The notes beneath the pieces are model-generated. The model was not told where the DNA came from, searched no databases, and was given only the letters and a program-made list of their open reading frames with translations. Shown in pieces: positions 19,663 through 27,741 of a DNA stretch of 32,877 nucleotides (position 1 is the stretch's first letter; every line of letters begins with the position of its first letter). A program made the position numbers and the translations under genes. This DNA comes from Planctomycetota bacterium (GTDB taxonomy: Bacteria > Planctomycetota > GCA-002687715 > DRQF01): NCBI GenBank assembly GCA_036479435.1, contig JAZGFI010000053.1, forward strand, positions 1 to 32,877, written 5' to 3'.

Positions 19663-22323
19663 ATGCGCGAGATCCCCAAGAAGTACAAAGCCGCCGAATC
19701 CGAAGCCCGGTGGCAGGCCTTTTGGGAAGAACAGGCGATTCACCGCTGGGACCCCGAGTGCGACCGCGACGAGACTTTCGTCATCGACACCCCACCGCCC
19801 ACGGTTTCGGGTTCTCTCCACGTCGGGCACGTCTTCAGCTACACCCACCAGGACCTCATCGCCCGCTATCAGCGCATGCAGGGCAAAAACATCGCCTATC
19901 CGATGGGCTGGGACGACAACGGCCTGCCCACCGAACGCCGGGTCCAAAACGTCTTCGGCATCCGCTGCGAGCCGCGCCTACCCTACGACGCCGACTGGAA
20001 GCCGAAGCGCGGTAAGGGCAAAAAAGACCCCATTGAGGAGATCTCGCGCCGAAATTTCATCGAAGCCTGCACCGAGATCACCGAGGAAGACGAGGCGGTC
20101 TTCGAACAGCTTTTTCGGCGCTTAGGCCTCTCCATCGACTGGTCGCAGCAGTACGCGACGATTGACGCCGCCTCCCGCAAAGTCTCGCAGCTGAGTTTTT
20201 TGGATCTCGTCCGCAAAAACGAGGTCTACAGCACCGAATCCCCCACGATGTGGGACATCGACTTCCGCACCGCTGTCGCCCAAGCCGAAGTTGAAGACAA
20301 AGACCGCCCGGGTTTCATGCACGTCCTCCGCTTCGGCATTGGTGGTGATCTGGAAGCTGGCAACGACGACACTGAATTTAAGATCATGACGACGCGCCCG
20401 GAGCTCCTTCCGGCCTGCATCGCCGTGGTCGCACACCCCGACGACAAACGCTACCAGCCCTATTTCGGCAAGACCGCCATCACGCCGCTTTTTGGCGCGG
20501 AAGTCCCCATCCTCCCCGCCGAACACGCCGACCCGGAAAAAGGCACCGGTATCTTGATGGTTTGTACTTTCGGCGACGCGATGGACGTCGATTGGTGGAA
20601 GCAATCCAAGCTGCCCTTGAAGCAAATTATCGGTTTGACCGGACGCCTGCTCTCGGTTGAGTTTGGCAGCGGCAATTTTCAGAGTCTTAACTCCGCCAAA
20701 GCTCAGAAACACTACGACGAAATCGCTGGCCTCTACCCCAAGCAAGCCAAAAAGCGCCTCGCAGAGATCCTCGCCGAAGAAGGCAGCGGGCCGAAGGGTC
20801 AAGGCGCCGCTCTGGTCGGAGAACCCGAGCCGATCACGCACCCGGTGAAGTTCTACGAAAAGGGCGATCGCCCGCTGGAGTTCGTTCCGACCCGCCAGTG
20901 GTTCGTGAAGATCCTCGACAAAAAAGAGGAACTCCTCGCACAGGGCGCCAAGATTGACTGGCACCCGCCCTTCATGCGCAAACGCTTCGACTCTTGGGTC
21001 GAAGGGCTCAACCAAGATTGGTGCATCAGCCGCCAACGTTACTTCGGCGTCCCCTTCCCCGTCTGGTACGAGGTCGACGACGATTCACAGCCGATCTACG
21101 AGCGCCCGATTTTCGCCGAAGATGCGATCTTGCCCGTCGATCCTTTGAGCGATGTCCCGACCGGATTCACCGAAGACCAGCGCGACCAACCCGGTGGTTT
21201 CAGCGGTGACCCCGATGTCATGGACACCTGGGCCACCAGTTCGCTCACGCCGCAAATCATGAGTCATTGGAGAAAAGACCCGGCGCGTCACCAGCGCTTG
21301 TTCCCCATGGACGTTCGCCCCCAGTCCCACGAGATCATCCGCACTTGGGCCTTCTACACCATCGTGAAGGCCTGGCTACACGAAAAAGAGATCCCCTGGA
21401 AGAACGTGGTCATCAGCGGTTGGATCCTCGATCCCGATCGCAAAAAGATGAGCAAGTCCGTGGGCAACGTCGTAACGCCCGATCACCTTTTGGACGATCA
21501 CTCCGTGGATGGCGTCCGCTACTGGACGGCGCGGGCGCGCCTCGGCCAAGACACCGCCTTTGACGACAAGGTCTTTAAGGTCGGCAAGAAACTCGCCAAC
21601 AAGATTTTCAACGCCAGCCGCTTCGTACACACGCAAATTGAGAGCGCCACCGCTGGCGCCGCCGTCCCCGGCAATAAGGCCATCACCGAAGCTTTGGATT
21701 TGGCCTTGGTGGACCGCCTGCGCAAGACCGTGGACTCGGCCACGAAGGCCTTTGAAGCTTTCGACTACGCGGGTGCCTTACAAGTCTCAGAAGAAGCCTT
21801 TTGGAGTTTCTGCGACTACTACTTAGAGCTGGTGAAGATTCGCTCCTACGCCGAAGAAGACTCCGCTGGCCGCCGGTCCGCTCTCGCGACTCTGCAATTG
21901 TCCTTGCACACCTACTTGCGACTCCTCGCGCCGTTTTTGCCCTACGTCACCGAAGAAGTGTGGTCTTGGCGCATGGCGGGCGAAGGTCGCGACGCCTCCA
22001 TCCACACCACCCAGTGGCCGCAATCCGCCGAATTTGCGGCAATTCCAGCTCCCGCGCAGGCCACTAGCTACGCCGCCGCGGTGTGCTTAACCGCCTTCAT
22101 CCGCGGGGCGAAATCCGAAGGGCAAAAAAGCCTACGCTGGCCGGTCAGCCAGATTTCGATCACCGGCAAGGCCGCCGACATCGCGGCCCTTGAACCCCTG
22201 CTGGACGACGTCCTTCTGGCTGGCAATGCGAGCCGCGATATCGTCGAAATCACTGAAGGTGATAGCGCCGACGGAGAAATGTTTGAGGTCAAAGTAACCC
22301 TGGCTCAAGAAGAAGCAGACTGA
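19663..22323 (+). CDS. valS: Valine--tRNA ligase, archaeal-like (type 2) subfamily
   Basis: IDTPPPTVSGSLHVGH, MGWDDNGLPTE, TTRPE, DWCISRQR, DVMDTWATS, EIIRTWAF, KMSKS. No evident C-terminal coiled-coil arm. Confidence 0.95.
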   Translation: MREIPKKYKAAESEARWQAFWEEQAIHRWDPECDRDETFVIDTPPPTVSGSLHVGHVFSYTHQDLIARYQRMQGKNIAYPMGWDDNGLPTERRVQNVFGIRCEPRLPYDADWKPKRGKGKKDPIEEISRRNFIEACTEITEEDEAVFEQLFRRLGLSIDWSQQYATIDAASRKVSQLSFLDLVRKNEVYSTESPTMWDIDFRTAVAQAEVEDKDRPGFMHVLRFGIGGDLEAGNDDTEFKIMTTRPELLPACIAVVAHPDDKRYQPYFGKTAITPLFGAEVPILPAEHADPEKGTGILMVCTFGDAMDVDWWKQSKLPLKQIIGLTGRLLSVEFGSGNFQSLNSAKAQKHYDEIAGLYPKQAKKRLAEILAEEGSGPKGQGAALVGEPEPITHPVKFYEKGDRPLEFVPTRQWFVKILDKKEELLAQGAKIDWHPPFMRKRFDSWVEGLNQDWCISRQRYFGVPFPVWYEVDDDSQPIYERPIFAEDAILPVDPLSDVPTGFTEDQRDQPGGFSGDPDVMDTWATSSLTPQIMSHWRKDPARHQRLFPMDVRPQSHEIIRTWAFYTIVKAWLHEKEIPWKNVVISGWILDPDRKKMSKSVGNVVTPDHLLDDHSVDGVRYWTARARLGQDTAFDDKVFKVGKKLANKIFNASRFVHTQIESATAGAAVPGNKAITEALDLALVDRLRKTVDSATKAFEAFDYAGALQVSEEAFWSFCDYYLELVKIRSYAEEDSAGRRSALATLQLSLHTYLRLLAPFLPYVTEEVWSWRMAGEGRDASIHTTQWPQSAEFAAIPAPAQATSYAAAVCLTAFIRGAKSEGQKSLRWPVSQISITGKAADIAALEPLLDDVLLAGNASRDIVEITEGDSADGEMFEVKVTLAQEEAD

Positions 22324-22327
22324 GCGA

Positions 22328-23815
22328 TCAGGACGATTGAGCGGCGCGGCCCGCGGCCACGGCGCTCTTGATCCGCGCCGCAACTTCGGCATTCCCCAAG
22401 ATCTCGGCGCAGTCGAAAACGCCGGGGCCTTGGGTTTTTCCGGTGAGCGCCGAGCGCAAGGGGCCCATCAACTTGCCAATGCCTAGTTCGCGTTGCTCGG
22501 CCCAGGCCTTGGCTCTTGTTTCCATCGCGGACGCGTCTACCGCGCATGCAGCGGATGTACCGAGGAATTCGAGGTACTCTTCAAGGAGCTCCGGGGCACC
22601 GGCCTTCTTCAGGTTCTTCATCGCCTTGCCTTCGATCTTAGCGACGCCCTCATAAATCCAGGCCGCATCCTCGACAATCTGCGAGTAAAAGCGTAGCCGT
22701 TCCTGCTGAGCGCGCGCCAACACTCTAAGCTGCCGACTTTGTTCGGCCGTGGGCGGCTCGGCGACCCATCCTTTTTGTTGCAGGTAGGGCCTTATGCCCG
22801 CTTCGATCTCCGCGACACCAAAACGCCGCAAATAGTCGCCGCAAATCCAATCCAATTTATCCAGCGGCAGGCGCGCTCCCGATCGATTGACGCTGGCCAA
22901 AGAAAAACGCTCGATGAGTTCATCGCGCGTCATGACTTCCGTCTTGTCGTCAAGACTCCATCCGACCGACGCCAACCAATTGACAAGTCCCGCCTCGGGA
23001 TAGCCCTTTTGCTGGTAAAGCTCGAGGGCTGCCTCTGGATGCTTGCGCTTGGAGAGCTTGCCGGACCCGGTGGGCCCAAGGATGAGGGGCAGGTGCGCGT
23101 AGCGCGGGGTATCCCAGCCCAAAGCCTTGAAGATCAACACCTGCTTGAAAGTGTTGGTTAGGTGGTCTTCGCCGCGAATGACGTGACTGATCTCCATCAG
23201 GTGGTCATCGATCACCACGACAAAGTTGTAGATCGGCATCCCGTTGCCGCGAATGAGAATGATGTCTTCGATGTCTTTGGTTTCGACCCGCACTACACCT
23301 CGAATTTCGTCGTCGACTTCGACGGTTTCGTCCTCGGGAACACGCAGACGCCAAGTGTGTTCTTCGCCAGCGTCGATACGGCGCTTCGCCTCGGCCGGAT
23401 CAAGGTCGCGGTAGCGACCGTCGTAGCGCGTGGACTCGCCCGCAGCTTCTTGCTTGGCTCGTAATTCGGCGAGTTCTTTCTTCGTCGCGAAGCAGGGATA
23501 AACGGCACCGATCTCAATCAGTTGATTGGCCCAATGCCGGTAGAGATCTTGCCGCTCACTTTGCGAATAGGGGCCGAAGGGGCCGCCCTGCTCGGGGCCT
23601 TCGTCGGGAGTGAGGCCCAGCCAATCCAAACCTCGAAAAATAGTCTCGCGGGCCGCGTCTGTATTGCGCGCGGCATCGGTATCTTCCATGCGCAGCACGA
23701 AGGTGCCACCCTTTTGACGGGCATAGAGCCAATTATAAAGGGCGGTCCGGGCGCCCCCGATGTGAAGGTATCCCGTGGGGCTGGGGGCAAATCGAACGCG
23801 AACGGCATCAGTCAT
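22328..23815 (-). CDS. gltX: Glutamate--tRNA ligase
   Basis: RFAPSPTGYLHIGGART, HVIRGEDH, KLSKR, plus a C-terminal anticodon-binding helical domain (LRSALTG...GP). Confidence 0.95.
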   Translation of the reverse strand: MTDAVRVRFAPSPTGYLHIGGARTALYNWLYARQKGGTFVLRMEDTDAARNTDAARETIFRGLDWLGLTPDEGPEQGGPFGPYSQSERQDLYRHWANQLIEIGAVYPCFATKKELAELRAKQEAAGESTRYDGRYRDLDPAEAKRRIDAGEEHTWRLRVPEDETVEVDDEIRGVVRVETKDIEDIILIRGNGMPIYNFVVVIDDHLMEISHVIRGEDHLTNTFKQVLIFKALGWDTPRYAHLPLILGPTGSGKLSKRKHPEAALELYQQKGYPEAGLVNWLASVGWSLDDKTEVMTRDELIERFSLASVNRSGARLPLDKLDWICGDYLRRFGVAEIEAGIRPYLQQKGWVAEPPTAEQSRQLRVLARAQQERLRFYSQIVEDAAWIYEGVAKIEGKAMKNLKKAGAPELLEEYLEFLGTSAACAVDASAMETRAKAWAEQRELGIGKLMGPLRSALTGKTQGPGVFDCAEILGNAEVAARIKSAVAAGRAAQSS

Positions 23816-23938
23816 GGGAGCTTCCTTGGGGGCGGTCAGTCCGCATCGCAGGGCCAGACCGCTCGCATCGTAGGGATAGAGGTCGCGCGGCTCAAATATC
23901 GGAGCCCTAGCCGGCCGAGAAAAAATTCGATTGAGCCC

Positions 23939-23965
23939 TAAATTGAGACAAGCATCGTCCGAAAA
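23939..23965 (+). promoter_or_regulatory. Sigma-28 (FliA/WhiG)-like promoter for small-RNA candidate A
   Basis: TAAA-N15-TCCGAAAA, compared with consensus TAAA-N15-GCCGATAA. Confidence 0.4.
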
Positions 23966-24127
23966 GCTTGGTGAAGAAGGAAATGGAAGAGGGCGAGTCC
24001 TAAAGGTGGCAACACCAATTGGACTCGATGACGAACAGCCTCGAAAGAGGAAGACTCGTCAAGACAACACGAGATCGTCGATGTTGTCGACGCCGCGGGC
24101 CCAAAAGCCCTGCGGCGTCTTTTTTTT
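23947..24127 (+). ncRNA. Structured small-RNA candidate A
   Basis: Stem CGAGTCC/GGACTCG capped by GGTG-GCAA-CACC; stem TGACGA/TCGTCA capped by CCTC-GAAA-GAGG; possible closing stem GACAAGCATCG/CGATGTTGTC. Followed by an intrinsic terminator, with no credible + strand gene upstream. Confidence 0.55.
24089..24127 (+). terminator. Intrinsic terminator (+ strand)
   Basis: GACGCCGCGGGC-CCAAAA-GCCCTGCGGCGTC followed by T8. Confidence 0.85.
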
Positions 24128-24142
24128 GCCAAGGGCCGAGGC

Positions 24143-24182
24143 ATAAAAGAGCCCCGATCGTCTTGACGATGATCGGGGCTCT
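24143..24182 (-). terminator. Intrinsic terminator (- strand)
   Basis: Perfect 12-bp stem AGAGCCCCGATC (24148-24159) / GATCGGGGCTCT (24171-24182), with a TTTAT tail on the minus strand. Confidence 0.75.
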
Positions 24183-24283
24183 CAATTTGCCATGAGCTGA
24201 CGGATTCTCTCCGCCAACAGCGGTTTCCCACCTGGCTTTCCCGTTCCCTCGCTCACGACCCCCCAGTCGTAAGCAATCCCTCT
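24143..24283 (-). ncRNA. Structured small-RNA candidate B
   Basis: Minus strand: hairpin TTGCTTACGAC-TGGGGG-GTCGTGAGCGA; purine linker GGGAACGGGAAA; three-way junction in which GCCA/TGGC encloses GGTGG-GAAA-CCGCT and GTTGGCGGA-GAGAA-TCCGTCAGC. The G-U pairs work only on this strand. Confidence 0.5.
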
Positions 24284-24289
24284 AATAGT

Positions 24290-24317
24290 AGTTCGGATTA
24301 GGCGCAGCGATTCTTGA
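24290..24317 (-). promoter_or_regulatory. Sigma-28-like promoter for small-RNA candidate B
   Basis: Minus strand TCAAG-N15-TCCGAACT; a TACTAT hexamer overlaps its 3' end. Confidence 0.35.
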
Positions 24318-24368
24318 ATAAAAACCCGCTACTTCACATTAAGCGGAGCAGAATCCGGCCTTGGGCCT

Positions 24369-25484
24369 TCAGGGACGCTTCGGGTTGGTTCCGCGCGCAG
24401 CGGTCTTGAGCAAACGCGTCAGCTTCCCGGTCTGTCCGCTGCGACGCAGGCAGACGATGACCCCGTGGAGTGCTTTGAGCTCGTGCTGGCGACGAAGGAC
24501 TTGCGCGCGCAATTCGCGTTGCCGTAGGCTTTCTGGAGGCTGGCTCGACAAAGAACGAGAACGAGCCAAGACGCCGCGAGAGGATCGCCGCAGGACACGC
24601 CTAGATTTGGCTCGGAGCGCTCGCTCGATCAAGTTTTTTGCATCACGGGCGGCGAGGGAGAGCTCGGGCCGGCCCTTGGCAAGCTCATGTTTGACGAGCT
24701 GTTGCACAATCTCATAACGCGGAAAGGCCTGCGCGAGACTGATTAACAGAGCCACGCGAGAGTGAACCTGAACCTTCTCACTGCGAGCAAGCCTCACTAG
24801 GATCGCCACCTGACCTTGGGCCTCGCGGCTGCCTGCGACATCGACGTCGTGGGTCTTTGAACTCAGCTCAAGCAGAGGATCGCGCCGCGCCTCGTTGGCC
24901 GCCGCCCGTAACCCGATCGCGATGCAAGCCGCAAGATGAACCTCGGCGGCCTGACCGGCGGGGTCCAGCACCAATTCGCGGAGAGCTTCACTCTTCGCGT
25001 CCGATGCCGCACTCAAAAATCCAAGGCCCAGGGCCGCCGCGGCCCGCAAAGCCGGATCTGCGGACGCAGCCCGATCATTCAGCCAGGCCCCGGCAAAAGC
25101 GCGCTGGCAAGCCAGGGCTTCCAGATAGGGTCGCGCTCCAGGATCTCCCAACAGGCCGAGGGCGATGATGAGGTCTTCTCTCGACCGCCCCGTGGACCGT
25201 TCTACCGCGGCAATGAGAGCCGCGAGGGTGTGGGGATCGCGCCGACGCGCCAATTCCAAAGCGGCCAGCGTGATCGCTTCGGGATGCGATTTTCGCAGTG
25301 TCCGAAGGAGATCGGCGGCGGATTTCCTTTCTAAGCTTCCCACGGTCCTATGAGGCAGTGAAAACCCCTTAAAGCTTTGGGAATAAGCACCTTGTGCTCC
25401 CATACCCAGCACCATCAATACCGCGAGCCAAGCCGCCGTGGCGCGGGCTCCTCGCAGCGTGATGGGCCGGGGAATTGAGGACAT
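24369..25484 (-). CDS. Exported HEAT/PBS-lyase-like helical repeat protein
   Basis: Signal/TM segment, then repeats such as REDLIIALGLLGDP, LRAAAALGLGFL, VHLAACIAIGL; Arg-rich tail. ATG 25484 preferred over 25529. Confidence 0.6.
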   Translation of the reverse strand: MSSIPRPITLRGARATAAWLAVLMVLGMGAQGAYSQSFKGFSLPHRTVGSLERKSAADLLRTLRKSHPEAITLAALELARRRDPHTLAALIAAVERSTGRSREDLIIALGLLGDPGARPYLEALACQRAFAGAWLNDRAASADPALRAAAALGLGFLSAASDAKSEALRELVLDPAGQAAEVHLAACIAIGLRAAANEARRDPLLELSSKTHDVDVAGSREAQGQVAILVRLARSEKVQVHSRVALLISLAQAFPRYEIVQQLVKHELAKGRPELSLAARDAKNLIERALRAKSRRVLRRSSRGVLARSRSLSSQPPESLRQRELRAQVLRRQHELKALHGVIVCLRRSGQTGKLTRLLKTAARGTNPKRP

Positions 25485-25518
25485 GAAGGAGCTCCGGGAC
25501 GACAGATTGACCCCCCTC

Positions 25519-25546
25519 TTATCGACCAATTTGGCCAGCAGCTTCA
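25519..25546 (-). promoter_or_regulatory. Sigma-28-like promoter upstream of the HEAT-like gene
   Basis: Minus strand TGAAG-N15-GTCGATAA (7/8 match to GCCGATAA). Confidence 0.45.
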
Positions 25547-25557
25547 GTGTTTTGATA

Positions 25558-25662
25558 TAACTATCTATTGCTAAGCAACTTATGGACCACCGCGCCTCCT
25601 AAACAGCGTTGCAATATCTCGACCGAAGACTTCATCCTAACTTGCTGTAAGATAGTGACTTG
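25558..25662. promoter_or_regulatory. Two TAACT-N15-ACTTR motifs in the divergent promoter region
   Basis: TAACT-atctattgctaagca-ACTTA (25558-25582) and TAACT-tgctgtaagatagtg-ACTTG (25638-25662), starting exactly 80 bp apart. Confidence 0.45.
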
Positions 25663-25742
25663 TGAACCCATACCCCCCTGCCTTGCGGGCCTGACCGGCT
25701 TTCCCTACAACGATGTCCTCGTATCGAGGCGGAGCTTTTTTG

Positions 25743-26681
25743 ATGACCGAGCTAAAACGAAAACCCGCCTGGCTGAAGATTCGTCCGCCCGCGGGCGCGG
25801 AATACCAGCGCATTAGGGGCCTCCGTCAGGGACTCAAGCTCGCCACGGTTTGTGAAGAAGCGGCCTGCCCGAACGTGGCGGAGTGCTGGGGAGGGGGCAC
25901 CGCGACCTTCATGCTCCTCGGCGACACCTGCACCCGCGGCTGCCGTTTTTGCAACGTCAACACCGGCAACCCCCGGGGCGTCGTCGACCGCGCCGAACCC
26001 GAAAACCTCCTCGAAGCCGTCGCCACGATGGAGCTCGACTACGTCGTCTTAACGATGGTGGATCGCGATGACCTCGAAGACGGCGGCGCCGCTCATATCC
26101 GCGACTGCATTCAGAGCCTAAAAAGCGGCCTGCCCGATCTTCGCGTCGAGATTCTGACCGGAGACTTTCGCGGCAATCGCGAGGCCATTCGCCTGGTCGC
26201 CAACTCTGGCTGTGACGTCTTTGCTCACAACATCGAAACCACGCGAACCTTGACCGCCAGCGTGCGCGACAAAAAGTGCGGCTACGATCAAACCCTCGCC
26301 GTGCTGGAGTTCGCAAAAAAGGTCAATCCGAAGCTCGTCACGAAATCTTCGATCATGTTGGGCCTGGGCGAATCCGACCAAGATGTCGAGCAAACCCTGC
26401 GCGACCTGCGCGAAGCGGGCTGCGAGATCGTCACCATCGGCCAGTACCTTCGCCCCGCCGAGAAATTCCTGCCGGTCGTCGATTATGTGACCCCTGAGGC
26501 CTTCGCCGACTGGGAACAGCGCGCCTTGGATTTGGGTTTTGCGTTTTGCGCCTCAGGGCCCTTGGTCCGCAGTTCCTACCGTGCGGGCGAGCTGTTCTTG
26601 ACGCGTTATCTCGCCCAGCGCAATACCGCCAAGCCGACCCCGCACCACGACCTTCGCTCGGAGGAAAACTCCAAGCTATGA
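25743..26681 (+). CDS. lipA: Lipoyl synthase
   Basis: KPAWLK, CEEAACPNVAEC (CX4CX5C), CTRGCRFC (radical SAM), HNIET, GQYLRP, RSSY. GGAG precedes ATG 25743. Confidence 0.97.
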   Translation: MTELKRKPAWLKIRPPAGAEYQRIRGLRQGLKLATVCEEAACPNVAECWGGGTATFMLLGDTCTRGCRFCNVNTGNPRGVVDRAEPENLLEAVATMELDYVVLTMVDRDDLEDGGAAHIRDCIQSLKSGLPDLRVEILTGDFRGNREAIRLVANSGCDVFAHNIETTRTLTASVRDKKCGYDQTLAVLEFAKKVNPKLVTKSSIMLGLGESDQDVEQTLRDLREAGCEIVTIGQYLRPAEKFLPVVDYVTPEAFADWEQRALDLGFAFCASGPLVRSSYRAGELFLTRYLAQRNTAKPTPHHDLRSEENSKL

Positions 26682-27727
26682 AACAGATTCTCGATCGTGA
26701 CGGTCACCTCAGCCAAGCGGATGCCTTGACGGCGTCACGTACTGAGCTTCTTGAGATCTACCGACTCGCGAAACTTACTCGCCGAGCCGACGAAGAGATG
26801 TTGCGCCTTCAGGCCGAAGGTCTGGGCGACCTGTCTTTCTTCGTGCCAAGCTTCGGCGAAGAAACAGCGCATGTTGCCGCCACCCTCGCGCTCGAGTTCG
26901 ACGACCTGATATTCCGCGGCTTGCGGGGCAGCGGCATTGCGCTCGCGCGCGGCGTTGACCTGCATGCCTTTTTTGCGGCCGCACTGGGTTGCGACCAAGC
27001 CATGGGTCGATCCCTCCCGGGCCTCAGCGCCGAACCGGAATTCAGCATCTGCTGCGGGTCGGCCCGCCCGGCTGCGTCTTTGATGCCAGCGGTCGGTGCC
27101 GCACGAGCCTTGGCCCTCAAAGGCCAAGCACAGCCTCGCATCGCGGTCGCCTTTTTTGGCGTTGGCAGCACGCAGCACCCGGATTTTGCGGGGGCCTTAG
27201 AACTCGCGACCCATCTTGAGAGCCCGGTCTTGTTTTTAGCCACGAGTGATCGTCAGGGACCAAGCGGTGAGATCGCCGCCCGCGCCGAAAACGCGGGAGT
27301 CAGCGCCGAATACGTGGACGGTGACGACGCTATTGCCGTCTTCGAAAGCGTGCGCAGCCTCAGCCAAATCGTGCGTCAAGACGGCCGCCCGGGCTTGATC
27401 GAAATGGCGGTTGAGTTTCCGGAACCTGGTGGCAATCCCGGATCGAATCCGGCCCACGATCGCTTGGGGAATTTCCTGAAATCAGAAGGACTATTACCTG
27501 ATGACTTAAGCCGCGAGATCAACCGAGCGATCGACCGTGAAGTCGTCGAAGCTCGCGATGCAGCTAGCAATCTTAAGACCCAAGAGCCGCGGCCCCCGAG
27601 CGAACAGATCTTTGCTGAGGTGCTGTGCCGGGCAAGCGCAGACTTGGAAGGCCAAGATCAAAACTACCGCGATTTTGACGCGGAGTACGGCGGCTCGGAA
27701 GATCCCGACGCCAGGTGCCTCCTTTGA
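26678..27727 (+). CDS. 2-oxoacid dehydrogenase E1 alpha-like protein with degenerate ThDP-binding motif
   Basis: E1alpha landmarks (GEET, AVGAA.A, VDGDDAIAV, RPGLIE) but GDG..NN reads GVG..SD. ATGA overlap with the lipA stop. Confidence 0.8.
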   Translation: MKQILDRDGHLSQADALTASRTELLEIYRLAKLTRRADEEMLRLQAEGLGDLSFFVPSFGEETAHVAATLALEFDDLIFRGLRGSGIALARGVDLHAFFAAALGCDQAMGRSLPGLSAEPEFSICCGSARPAASLMPAVGAARALALKGQAQPRIAVAFFGVGSTQHPDFAGALELATHLESPVLFLATSDRQGPSGEIAARAENAGVSAEYVDGDDAIAVFESVRSLSQIVRQDGRPGLIEMAVEFPEPGGNPGSNPAHDRLGNFLKSEGLLPDDLSREINRAIDREVVEARDAASNLKTQEPRPPSEQIFAEVLCRASADLEGQDQNYRDFDAEYGGSEDPDARCLL

Positions 27728-27741
27728 CCGCGAATTCAATC

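Noticed and set aside
24001..24016. T-box-like AAAGGTGGCAACAC near two tRNA synthetase genes
   Set aside because: It is on the strand opposite gltX, has no Stem I/specifier and no downstream gene, and is better explained as the GGTG-GCAA-CACC hairpin.
23931..24231. Short ORFs 23931-24146 (+), 23938-24231 (-) and 24000-24185 (-)
   Set aside because: They have non-ATG starts, no clear RBS or protein features, and run through terminator hairpins.
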